Positions 1-8,784 of a DNA stretch of 64,000 nt are shown here, one piece after another. A program made the position numbers and the translations under genes. Source of the stretch: Marinilabiliales bacterium (GTDB lineage Bacteria; Bacteroidota; Bacteroidia; Bacteroidales; PUMT01); the NCBI GenBank assembly GCA_007695015.1, contig REEN01000060.1, forward strand, positions 294 to 64,293, written 5' to 3'. Within the stretch, counting starts at the first letter, position 1; each line of letters begins with the position of its first letter. The notes beneath the pieces are model-generated. The model was given only the letters and a program-made list of their open reading frames with translations, ran no database searches and had not been told where the DNA came from.

Positions 1-62
1 CCTGTATTGACGGAACGCTTTTAAGGGAAAGGGTGGCAGAGGTGATGCGGAGAGTGGCTCCC

Positions 63-671
63 CTAGAAATTGAACATCAGGAGAAACGCGATGGTTAAGC
101 CGGTAAGGTAACCAACATAGATCTGCGCGGGTGTGTGTGCCCCGAGTTTAAGTCTTGACCACCCGGTCAGGCCCCCACACAGGAATAAAAGTGACAGGTA
201 TAGCTGCAGGTTTACACCATGCCTGAAAGCTACGGCAAGTATTGTTCCTGCAAGCGCTCCCTGTGCTGTCATGTGAAGACTTATCTTCCACCTGAACGTT
301 ACCAGTGAGCATACCAGCAGTGTTACTGTCCCCGTAATGGCATAGGTGCTTATGAGTGACGGTACGTTAAGCCTGGAGAGCATGTGCCAGGTAAAACCGT
401 AAAAAATAACGGTTATGAACATGGGCATCACCCTTTCGCGGTGGCTCTCCATTGCCAGGCCGGCTTTGTTGCGCTGCAGGATGATCACGGGTATTAGGGT
501 GAGGGGCAGCAGGGTGGTGCCAATTAAGAGTATCAGGAAGATGGCGCGTTTCTGCGGAAAGGAGAGAAACTCCAGGTAGGTGCCGGAGTTTAGCAGCAGT
601 AGAAGTCCGATAGCCGGCATTATGAGTGGATGAAGGATAACGCTTACCGTTCTGGCTATGGCTCTCTGCAT
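63..671 (-). CDS. Polytopic membrane protein, PAP2-superfamily-like (tentative)
   Basis: 202 aa and almost entirely hydrophobic helices. 'SLHMTAQG' and 'WSRLKLGAHTPAQIYVG' resemble degenerate PAP2 motifs (PSGH / SRxxxxxHxxxD). Lies 41 bp downstream of rpoN on the same strand. ATG at 671. Confidence 0.4.
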   Translation of the reverse strand: MQRAIARTVSVILHPLIMPAIGLLLLLNSGTYLEFLSFPQKRAIFLILLIGTTLLPLTLIPVIILQRNKAGLAMESHRERVMPMFITVIFYGFTWHMLSRLNVPSLISTYAITGTVTLLVCSLVTFRWKISLHMTAQGALAGTILAVAFRHGVNLQLYLSLLFLCGGLTGWSRLKLGAHTPAQIYVGYLTGLTIAFLLMFNF

Positions 672-712
672 TCTGTTCTGTTTTTGAAAGTTTGTTGTGT
701 TGTTTGGAGTGG

Positions 713-2176
713 TCAGAGTTCTTTCCTGAGTCGGGCGACCGGAATGTTGAGCTGCTCCCTGTATTTCGCTACGGTACGGCGGGCTATGTTGTATCCCTTT
801 TCCCTGAGTATGGCAACCAGCTTCTCGTCGGTCAGCGGCTTGCGCTTTTCTTCCTTTTCAATGCAGCCGGCAAGTATGTTCTTTATCTCGCGGGTGGAAA
901 CCTCTTCGCCAGAATCGCTCTGAAGCCCTTCTGAGAAGAAGGATTTCAGCGGAAAAATCCCGAAGTGTGTCTGTATGTATTTGCTGTTGGCCACACGGCT
1001 GATGGTCGATATGTCAAGTCCGGTTCTTTCGGCAATGTTCTTCAGTATCATTGGCCTGAGCTTTGTTTCATCACCTTCCTGGAAATACTCCTTCTGGTAC
1101 TCAATAATGGCGTTCATGGTCATCATCAATGTGTTTTGCCTCTGAACGATAGCGTCTATGAACCACCTGGCTGAATCGATCTTCTGCTTTACAAAGGTGA
1201 TGGCATCCTTGTCTTCTTTGCTGGCCTTGTCCTTCTGCCTGGCATATTGCTCGATCATCTGGCTGTATGTCCGGTTTATCCGCAGCTCGGGGACATTCTG
1301 TGAGTTGAGGCTGAGCATCAGTTCGCCGTCTTTTATATCAAGTATGAAATCGGGTACTATATGTTGTGTGCTGTGTGTTGACGAGTCACTGTAGGAGCTG
1401 CCCGGGCGGGGGTTGAGCCTGATTATTTCGTCGATGGCAAGTTTCAGCTCTTCTTCGCCGATGTTCATGCGCTTTATTATCTTGTCGTAGTGCTTGCGGG
1501 TGAACTCCTGGAAATGGTTCTTCAGGATGGTCCTGGCTGTTTTTATGGCCGGATTGCCCTGGTCCTTGCGTTCTATCTGCAGCAGAAGGCATTCCTGAAG
1601 GTCGCGCGCCCCGACACCCGGGGGATCGAAATCCTGCACTATCTGGAGGATCTCGTACAGCTCCTGCTCGGTGGTGGTTATGTTCTGTGTGAAGGCGAGG
1701 TCATCGACTATGGACTCCAGTTTTCGCCTCAGGTAACCGTCATCATCCATATTGCCAAGTATATACTGGGCAAGCAGTTCCTGTTTCTCGGTAAGGCTCC
1801 TCATTCCGAGCTGACTCTCCAGGTGGGCATGGAAAGAGGAGAAGGAGCTGAGGGGTACCTCAGGCCTTTTGTCGTCGTCGGAATAGTTGTTGGTGGCGAG
1901 CCGGTAGTTGGGTATGTCGTCGTCTTCAATGTAGTCTTCGAGTGAGAACTCTTCGTCGTTGTTACCTGATTCGTCCTGTTCTGCATCTGCCTCTTCCTGG
2001 CCGTCGAAATCAAGATCGCTGCCGTCTTCACCCTCTTCGAGGATGGGATTCTCCTCGAGCTCCTTCTTTATTCTCTGCTCCAGTTGCATGGCAGGTATCT
2101 CCAGCAGCTTGATCATCTGGATCTGCTGCGGCGATAGCTTCTGGAGCAACTTCTGCTGTAATCTCTGCTTTAACAT
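713..2176 (-). CDS. rpoN: RNA polymerase sigma-54 factor
   Basis: 487 aa. Gln/Leu-rich region I 'MLKQRLQQKLLQKLSPQQIQMIKLLEIP', an acidic region II, and a C-terminal RpoN box 'ARRTVAKYREQLNIP'. Confidence 0.95.
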   Translation of the reverse strand: MLKQRLQQKLLQKLSPQQIQMIKLLEIPAMQLEQRIKKELEENPILEEGEDGSDLDFDGQEEADAEQDESGNNDEEFSLEDYIEDDDIPNYRLATNNYSDDDKRPEVPLSSFSSFHAHLESQLGMRSLTEKQELLAQYILGNMDDDGYLRRKLESIVDDLAFTQNITTTEQELYEILQIVQDFDPPGVGARDLQECLLLQIERKDQGNPAIKTARTILKNHFQEFTRKHYDKIIKRMNIGEEELKLAIDEIIRLNPRPGSSYSDSSTHSTQHIVPDFILDIKDGELMLSLNSQNVPELRINRTYSQMIEQYARQKDKASKEDKDAITFVKQKIDSARWFIDAIVQRQNTLMMTMNAIIEYQKEYFQEGDETKLRPMILKNIAERTGLDISTISRVANSKYIQTHFGIFPLKSFFSEGLQSDSGEEVSTREIKNILAGCIEKEEKRKPLTDEKLVAILREKGYNIARRTVAKYREQLNIPVARLRKEL

Positions 2177-2314
2177 CGTTGGTTACCGTAAAAAGGCGAG
2201 GACAATTTACAAAATATTTCCCTAAGCCGGAAGAGAGCATTTTCGGATTATTTTGTCTGCCAGGAGATGGTGTCGGCTTTGTTGCACGTTCTTTTCCGCG
2301 AAAGCGTTATGAGT

Positions 2315-3712
2315 CTAAAATTCAGCGTTTTTAGGCGTTCTTGGGAATGGGATTACATCCCTGATATTGCTCATGCCGGTTATGAAGAGTATCATGCGCT
2401 CGAAACCGAGTCCGAATCCCGCGTGGGGCGCGGTGCCGAAACGGCGTGTGTCGAGGTACCACCAGAGCTCCTCGCGCGGTATGCCGAGCTCTTTAATGCG
2501 GGCCTCAAGCTTGCCGAGATCCTCCTCGCGCTGCGAGCCGCCCACTATCTCTCCTATGCGGGGGAAGAGTACGTCCATGGCGCGGACCGTTTTGCCATCG
2601 TCGTTCTGCTTCATGTAGAAAGCCTTGATCTTACTGGGATAGCCGGTTATTATGACCGGCTTTTTGAAATGCTGCTCGACGAGGAACCGCTCGTGCTCGG
2701 ACTGCAGGTCGCTGCCCCAGTCGGTCGGGAACTCAAACTTGCGGCCTGATGAGCTGAGGATATCTATTGCCTGGGTGTATGTTATTCGCTCGAAATCTGT
2801 TTTTATGACCGAGTTGAGCCTTTCCAGCAGCTCCTTGTCGTACATGTTGTTCAGGAATTCGAGATCTTCACTGCAGTGCTCAAGGGCATAGACCACCAGG
2901 AACTTGAGGAAGTCCTCGGCCAGGTCCATGTTGTCTTCTATATCGTAAAAGGCCATCTCGGGCTCTATCATCCAGAACTCGGCCAGGTGTCGCGGTGTGT
3001 TGGAGTTCTCGGCCCTGAAGGTGGGACCGAAGGTGTATATCTCTGAAAGCGCCAGGGCGCCAAGCTCGCCTTCGAGCTGGCCCGATACGGTGAGGTTGGT
3101 CTCCTTGCCGAAAAAGTCGTCGCGGTAATTGACGCTGCCGTCTTCGTTGAGGGGCGGACTTACGGGGTCGAGGGTGGTGACCCTGAACATCTCGCCAGCC
3201 CCTTCGGCATCGGAACCGGTGATGATGGGGGTGTGCAGGTAATAGAAGCCGTTATCGTTGAAGTACTTGTGTATCGCGTAAGACATGGCGTGCCTTATCC
3301 TCAGTATGGCGCCGAAGGTGTTGGTGCGCGGACGAAGGTGGGCTATCTCCCTGAGGAACTCCAGCGAGTGGCCCTTCTTCTGAAGCGGGTAGGTACCGGG
3401 ATCGGCGCTCCCGTAAAGCTCTATCTTTTTTGCCTTGATCTCCACACTCTGGCCCTTCCCTTCTGAGGGGGTCAGTATCCCGTCGACCGAGATGCATGCC
3501 CCGGTGGTGACCTGCCTCAGCAGCTCATCGGGAAATTCAGGCACATCGGCCACTACCTGTATGTTATTAATGGTGGAGCCGTCATTAAGGGCAATGAAGG
3601 CAATGCTTTTGTTGCCACGGCGGGTACGCACCCAGCCCTTTACGGTGATCTCCTTGTCAAACCCGGTTGAGACAAGGGCGTCCTTTACTCTTGTTCTGCT
3701 TCTGATGGTCAT
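2315..3712 (-). CDS. asnS: Asparagine--tRNA ligase
   Basis: Class II aaRS, colinear with E. coli AsnS as I recall it ('HLRPRTN', '[17 protein letters not shown]', '[34 protein letters not shown]'). The ORF is open to 3775, but the Met at 3712 (MTIRSR...) gives the expected ~465 aa. Confidence 0.93.
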   Translation of the reverse strand: MTIRSRTRVKDALVSTGFDKEITVKGWVRTRRGNKSIAFIALNDGSTINNIQVVADVPEFPDELLRQVTTGACISVDGILTPSEGKGQSVEIKAKKIELYGSADPGTYPLQKKGHSLEFLREIAHLRPRTNTFGAILRIRHAMSYAIHKYFNDNGFYYLHTPIITGSDAEGAGEMFRVTTLDPVSPPLNEDGSVNYRDDFFGKETNLTVSGQLEGELGALALSEIYTFGPTFRAENSNTPRHLAEFWMIEPEMAFYDIEDNMDLAEDFLKFLVVYALEHCSEDLEFLNNMYDKELLERLNSVIKTDFERITYTQAIDILSSSGRKFEFPTDWGSDLQSEHERFLVEQHFKKPVIITGYPSKIKAFYMKQNDDGKTVRAMDVLFPRIGEIVGGSQREEDLGKLEARIKELGIPREELWWYLDTRRFGTAPHAGFGLGFERMILFITGMSNIRDVIPFPRTPKNAEF

Positions 3713-4036
3713 GTCGATTGAATATGGTTCTGAATTTTGCTGCAAAAATACAGGATATATCATTATATGTCCCACACAAAAGAGGATTTATCAAAAAAAT
3801 CATTTTTAAGGGAGGTTTATAATACTTTTATCACCATTTTTTTAATAAGCGTGCAACCAAATATGCCTGATTACAGTCTGAAATGAAAGATCCTTTAGTA
3901 AAATTATGTGCAGGAAGCTGGGTAGGGGCCGGTTTTTTAGGCAGTTAATTTTTTATTTGTGGAATAAATGCCATAAATTTAGTCCCGACTTTGTCTGACC
4001 TGAAACCTCTTATATTGTTGAACAAATTTACCTCCC

Positions 4037-4888
4037 ATGGAAAAGGAAAAAGTTGCAAAGGAACTACTGGTTACCTATGACTTCACTCCCGTATCTGAAA
4101 ATGCACTCGCACATGCGCTGCGTATTTCAAAATACACCGATTGCCCCATAACGATCATCCACGTTATTGAGGACGGATCAGGTTTTGAAGGCCGCAAGGA
4201 GGAAGCTGAGGGCAAGCTTGCTACGCTGTGTGATGATTTTTACAAGAAGAATGGTGTTAAGATCAATTATCATGTTCTGGGAGGCACAATATTTAATGCC
4301 ATTGGCAAGTATGCCACCGAGTGTTCAGCCCGGATGGTGATAATGGGTACCCACGGAGTCAAGGGAATGCAGAAACTGACAGGAAGCCATGCACTGAGGG
4401 TGATTGTCAAAAGTAAGGTGCCCTTCCTGGTGGTGCAGGATAAACCTTCTGAAAAGCACAGGTTTACCGACATCGTATTTCCCATCGACTTTAAGGCTGA
4501 AACCAGGGAAAAACTTTACTGGGCAATCTATATGGGAAAGTATTTCAATTCGAAGGTACACCTGTTCAAGCCGCCGATAACTGATAAGGCAATTGCAAAG
4601 AAGGTGAACACAAACCTGAACTTTGCAGCAAGGTACCTTATACAGAACAATATTGAATATGAGATTCACGTGGCCAAAAAGGCGGGTAACTTTTCGAAGG
4701 AGACCATCGCTTTTGCCCAGGAGATAAATGCCGACCTGATAGTGATAACCACTACAAAGTCGGTGAATATGACGGACTTTGTCATGGGCCTGCCTGAGCA
4801 GGAGATAATAGCCAACAGTGCGCGTATACCTGTCATGGCGGTTAATCCGCGCGTTGGGATATCAACGGTGCATTCTGTGATGTACTGA
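4037..4888 (+). CDS. Universal stress protein family protein (tandem USP domains)
   Basis: 283 aa with two USP-like halves. 'VIMGTHGVKGMQKLTGSHALRVIVKSKVPFLVV' and 'LIVITTTKSVNMTDFVMGLPEQEIIANSARIPVMAV' match the USP C-terminal ATP-binding-type motif. Confidence 0.8.
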   Translation: MEKEKVAKELLVTYDFTPVSENALAHALRISKYTDCPITIIHVIEDGSGFEGRKEEAEGKLATLCDDFYKKNGVKINYHVLGGTIFNAIGKYATECSARMVIMGTHGVKGMQKLTGSHALRVIVKSKVPFLVVQDKPSEKHRFTDIVFPIDFKAETREKLYWAIYMGKYFNSKVHLFKPPITDKAIAKKVNTNLNFAARYLIQNNIEYEIHVAKKAGNFSKETIAFAQEINADLIVITTTKSVNMTDFVMGLPEQEIIANSARIPVMAVNPRVGISTVHSVMY

Positions 4889-5068
4889 CAGTGTATGGCC
4901 TGCCGGGCGCCGGTGCGTGATGCTTTGAGACAGTAGCAGTGGCAGGTTCGCGGCAGCGCAGGTGCGGCTGTAACCGGCGTGCAGCGTTGCGGCAGCGGTT
5001 GCGGTACATTCACGGCAGTCCAAATGCGGCTGGGACAGGCGAGCGGTAGTGCAGGCGCAGCTATGGCG

Positions 5069-5950
5069 CTACTCTTCGTTCAGCAGCAGCTCTTTCGCCT
5101 CCCTGAGGTTTTTTCTTGCCTCCGGACCGACTTCGGGATACTTCAGGTTCATGTTTTCAAGGGCATCGGCCAGTATGTCGCATACCACGGTGCGCATGAA
5201 CCACTTGTTGTCGGCCGGTATGATGTACCAGGGAGCCCAGGGCGTGGAGGTTTTGTTTATGGCTTTCTCGAATGCCTCCTGGTAAAGATTCCATTTCTGC
5301 CTCTCCCTGATATCGTTTATCGTGAACTTCCAGTTCTTCTTCTTGTTGTTGATGCGCGACAGGAACCGTGCCTTCTGCTCATCTTTTGAAAGGTGCAGGA
5401 AGAACTTAAGGATGATGGTGCCACTGTCATGCTGCTGCTTCTCAAAATTGTTTATGTGGGTGTAGCGGTTCTCCCAGAATTCGGGCGTGATATCGTCAAC
5501 ACTGTAGATGCCGGGAATGTTCTGTTTCAGCAGGAACTCCGGGTGCACCCTGGTTATCAGCACCTCCTCGTAATAGGAACGGTTGAAGATCCCGATTCGG
5601 CCCCTTTCAGGCATCCTCTTGGTGGTGCGCCACAGATAATCATGCGAAAGCTCTTCGGATGAAGGGGACTTGAAGCTGAATACCTGGCAGCCCTGCGGGT
5701 TGATGCCCGACATGACGTGCTTGATGGTGCCGTCCTTGCCTGCAGCGTCCATGGCCTGGAAGATGATCAGGATCGAATGGCGGCTGTATGCGTAAAGCAT
5801 GTCCTGCAATGTGGCAGTCCTTTTTATGTCGCGTCTGAGCATCTTCTTTGCCTGTTTCGGGGACTCAAACTCGCCCGTGTAGGCGGTATCGTAATCTTTC
5901 AGCCTGATGGCGGCGCCTGGTTTTGCGATGATCTTTCCGATGTCGAACAT
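5069..5950 (-). CDS. Polyphosphate kinase 2 family protein (polyP:nucleotide phosphotransferase)
   Basis: 293 aa. P-loop-like 'FQAMDAAGKDGTIKHV', then 'DYLWRTTKRMPERGRIGIFNRSYYEEVLITRVH' and 'WYIIPADNKW', all typical of PPK2. Confidence 0.88.
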   Translation of the reverse strand: MFDIGKIIAKPGAAIRLKDYDTAYTGEFESPKQAKKMLRRDIKRTATLQDMLYAYSRHSILIIFQAMDAAGKDGTIKHVMSGINPQGCQVFSFKSPSSEELSHDYLWRTTKRMPERGRIGIFNRSYYEEVLITRVHPEFLLKQNIPGIYSVDDITPEFWENRYTHINNFEKQQHDSGTIILKFFLHLSKDEQKARFLSRINNKKKNWKFTINDIRERQKWNLYQEAFEKAINKTSTPWAPWYIIPADNKWFMRTVVCDILADALENMNLKYPEVGPEARKNLREAKELLLNEE

Positions 5951-6050
5951 AGACTTTGAAGTTTAGCTATCCAAGTTATGAAAATCAAACAATAAAAACC
6001 AACTCTGGAATGATTTTTATAAATTAGCCGCTGCAAAAAAATCAGATAAT

Positions 6051-6959
6051 ATGCCAGTTGAGGTAAAAAATGTGGTTAAGATTTACGGCAGTCAGCGTGC
6101 CCTCGACGATGTCACCTTTAATATAAAAAAAGGAGAGGTTCTTGGTTTCCTTGGACCGAACGGGGCCGGGAAATCAACCATGATGCGTATAATTACCGGC
6201 ATCATTCCAGCCGATTCAGGCAATGTGTCGGTTAACGGCATCAATGTGATGGAAGATTCCCTGAAGGTCAGGGAAAGGATCGGGTACCTCCCCGAAAATA
6301 ATCCTCTCTACCCTGATATGTATGTCAGGGAATACCTTCAGTTTGTAACCCGGCTATACAAGCTGCCGGGAAAGTCACGGCGGGTGGAAGAGCTGATAGG
6401 AATGACCGGACTGGGGGAGGAGCAGCACAAGAAGATCGGGGCCCTTTCAAAGGGTTACAGGCAGAGAGTGGGACTGGCACAGGCCCTGGCCAATGACCCC
6501 GACGTGCTGATCCTTGATGAGCCGACCGGGGGACTTGATCCGAACCAGATTGTTGAGATAAGAAACCTGATAGCCGAAGCAGGTAAGGAGAAGACCGTCA
6601 TGCTTTCAACCCACATTATGCAGGAGGTTGAAGCCATTTGCGACAGGATAATAATTATCAAGAACGGAAAGATTGTGGCCGATGATACCAGGGAGAACAT
6701 TTCGGCGATGAGCAGCATCAAAAAGATATCGGTTTCGGTCGAGTTTGACCGCGATGTCGACCCCGACGAGCTTACCAGGATTCCTGGCGCCGGCAAGGTG
6801 ATCAAAGTAAACGGCAACAGGTGGATCATTGAAAGCATTGGCGATGAGGATATCAGGGCAGGGGTGTTCGGCTTTGCCGTTCAGAAAAATATCGTTGTGC
6901 TTTCCATGCACCGGGAAGAGAGAAACCTTGAAAGTATCTTCAGGGAGCTGACCGGCTAG
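6051..6959 (+). CDS. gldA: ABC transporter ATP-binding protein, gliding-motility GldA-like
   Basis: 302 aa. Walker A 'GPNGAGKST', signature 'LSKGYRQRVGLAQAL', Walker B 'LILDEPTGGLDP'. 'TVMLSTHIMQEVEAICDRIIIIKNGKIV' closely matches my recollection of Flavobacterium GldA. No gldF/gldG is adjacent, as is also the case in F. johnsoniae. Confidence 0.7.
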   Translation: MPVEVKNVVKIYGSQRALDDVTFNIKKGEVLGFLGPNGAGKSTMMRIITGIIPADSGNVSVNGINVMEDSLKVRERIGYLPENNPLYPDMYVREYLQFVTRLYKLPGKSRRVEELIGMTGLGEEQHKKIGALSKGYRQRVGLAQALANDPDVLILDEPTGGLDPNQIVEIRNLIAEAGKEKTVMLSTHIMQEVEAICDRIIIIKNGKIVADDTRENISAMSSIKKISVSVEFDRDVDPDELTRIPGAGKVIKVNGNRWIIESIGDEDIRAGVFGFAVQKNIVVLSMHREERNLESIFRELTG

Positions 6960-7005
6960 AGATCTGACCGGCTCGGGAACTTACCGGCCAGGGAGCTGAC
7001 CCGGC
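6942..7005. repeat. Degenerate 16-bp x 4 tandem repeat starting inside the last codons of gldA
   Basis: Units are agggagctgaccggct / agagatctgaccggct / cgggaacttaccggcc / agggagctgacccggc. The gldA TAG stop (6957-6959) spans the unit 1 / unit 2 junction. Confidence 0.75.
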
Positions 7006-7105
7006 ACAATGCGCGAACATGCCTGGTACTCTTGGCTGTTGCAGTGGGAGGGGACTTCTGACAGACCACGGCTGAAAAATATTTGTTCAGGTTACAAAAT
7101 ATAAC

Positions 7106-7113
7106 TATTTTTG
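7106..7113 (+). promoter_or_regulatory. Candidate Bacteroidota -7 promoter box (TAnnTTTG) for metK
   Basis: Exact 'tatttttg' match about 125 nt upstream of the metK ATG, implying a long leader. Confidence 0.4.
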
Positions 7114-7124
7114 TGGCCTTACTG

Positions 7125-7180
7125 GTGGACGGATTTGACTGCTTGCAACCACACAAAAAAATGCTAAAACGTAGCCTTTC
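7125..7180 (+). promoter_or_regulatory. Candidate SAM-responsive leader (SAM-II-like features), unverified
   Basis: The leader reads 'GGAUUUGACUGCUUGCAACCACACAAAAAAAUGCUAAAACGUAGCC'. The GAUUU...GCUUGCA.CCAC...A-rich...GCUAAAA arrangement resembles my recollection of the SAM-II (metA) consensus. The position upstream of metK fits. No covariance model was run. Confidence 0.3.
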
Positions 7181-7237
7181 TGCAAACAATCTCACCGCTT
7201 CCCCATTTAATTATTGTCAAACTAAATCTGTCATAAG

Positions 7238-8536
7238 ATGGCTTATTTATTTACTTCTGAATCGGTGTCGGAGGGTCACCCCGACAAGATTGCCGACCAG
7301 ATATCAGATGCACTTCTTGATGAGTTCCTTAGATACGATCCCGAATCAAAGGTTGCCTGTGAGACGCTGGTGACGACCGGACTGATAGTGTGCAGCGGCG
7401 AGGTAAAAACCGAGGGTTACGTAGATATCCAGAGAGTGGCCCGCGATACGGTTCGCGATATAGGGTACACCAGTTCTGAATACAAGTTCGAGGCTGAATC
7501 GTGCGGGATAGTATCCTGCATTCATGAACAGAGTCCCGACATCAGCCAGGGTGTGGAGCGGGAAAACGATGAAAACCAGGGCGCCGGCGACCAGGGTATG
7601 ATGTTCGGCTATGCCGTTAAGGAGATGGAGAACTACATGCCTCTGCCTATACAGTTGTCGCACATGCTGATGAAGCACCTGGCTGCCATACGTAAGGAAG
7701 GGGCCCACATGACATACCTGAGGCCCGACTCCAAGGCCCAGGTTACGGTCGAGTATGATGAAAATGACGTTGCACGCAGGCTGGATACGCTTGTTATTTC
7801 TACCCAGCATGACCCTTTCGGGGGAAAGGACTCAGAAATGCAGGACCGGATAGCCGGTGATATCAGGAAGATACTTATTCCAAGGGTACTCACATCGAAG
7901 ACCGTGCCTCAGAATATCAGGGATCTGTTCGACGACGGCTTCAGGCTCCTGGTCAATCCCACGGGCAAGTTCGTCATTGGCGGGCCACATGGTGATACGG
8001 GACTGACTGGCAGGAAGATCATTGTCGACACCTACGGTGGGCGAGGCGCGCATGGCGGAGGTGCCTTTTCCGGGAAGGATGCATCGAAGGTGGATCGCTC
8101 GGCAGCCTACGCTGCCAGGCATATAGCCAAGAACCTGGTAGCTGCGGGTATTGCCGGAGAGATACTGGTGCAGGTGGCCTATGCCATTGGAGTGGCTGAG
8201 CCGGTTGGGCTGTTTGTAAATTCATACGGGACTGCCCGTAAGGGTATAAGTGATGAGGAGATAGCCCGGAAAGTTACAGAGCTTTTTGACCTGCGCCCCG
8301 CTGCAATAATAAAGCGTTACGGACTGAAGAACCCCGTGTTCTCAAAAACTGCCAGGTACGGACATTTCGGTCGTACACCGCATACCTGCGAGGTGGAGGT
8401 ATATTACCAGGATGGGGAGACATATTCGAAGGTGATTGACGGCGTCAGGCGCAACTACAAGATGGTCGAAATGTTCGGCTGGGAGAAAACCGACGAGGTC
8501 GAAAAGATCAGGAAGGCGTTCGGAATGAAGGGATAA
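7238..8536 (+). CDS. metK: S-adenosylmethionine synthetase
   Basis: 432 aa. Motifs '[19 protein letters not shown]', '[12 protein letters not shown]', '[19 protein letters not shown]'. Confidence 0.97.
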   Translation: MAYLFTSESVSEGHPDKIADQISDALLDEFLRYDPESKVACETLVTTGLIVCSGEVKTEGYVDIQRVARDTVRDIGYTSSEYKFEAESCGIVSCIHEQSPDISQGVERENDENQGAGDQGMMFGYAVKEMENYMPLPIQLSHMLMKHLAAIRKEGAHMTYLRPDSKAQVTVEYDENDVARRLDTLVISTQHDPFGGKDSEMQDRIAGDIRKILIPRVLTSKTVPQNIRDLFDDGFRLLVNPTGKFVIGGPHGDTGLTGRKIIVDTYGGRGAHGGGAFSGKDASKVDRSAAYAARHIAKNLVAAGIAGEILVQVAYAIGVAEPVGLFVNSYGTARKGISDEEIARKVTELFDLRPAAIIKRYGLKNPVFSKTARYGHFGRTPHTCEVEVYYQDGETYSKVIDGVRRNYKMVEMFGWEKTDEVEKIRKAFGMKG

Positions 8537-8784
8537 TGAACTTTTAGTCCGCATCCATCCCATGAGTGATGCGCCGGAGAGACGATCCTCCAGGTGTTCC
8601 TTGTAAAACATTATTATCTTCCGGTCGCTTGACGGAAGACGACTTCCTGAATGCTTCCGGCACTGCCGCGGGGTGCTGTTAAAGGCAGTATTACTTATGA
8701 TCTTAGTAATTACCGGGAGTGCACTGTAAGCTGAATTAATATTTTTACAATATTGCATCGGATTCTGATTGCCGGTAAGGGTTA

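Noticed and set aside
4882-4917. Shared stop-context 'gtactgacag...tgg.ctgcc(c)gg' after the USP gene (4882) and the PNPOx gene (27342), a possible conserved 3' element
   Set aside because: Only a 10-nt exact match that includes the stop codon, plus loose similarity afterwards. With about 45 gene ends the chance expectation is not negligible, and I found no third copy.
4889-5068. GC-rich stretch between the USP and PPK2 genes, rich in gcggcag/gcag motifs, as a possible tandem array or sRNA
   Set aside because: The spacing of the recurring motif is irregular (6-25 nt) and I found no defined unit or stable hairpin. I treat it as low-complexity intergenic DNA.
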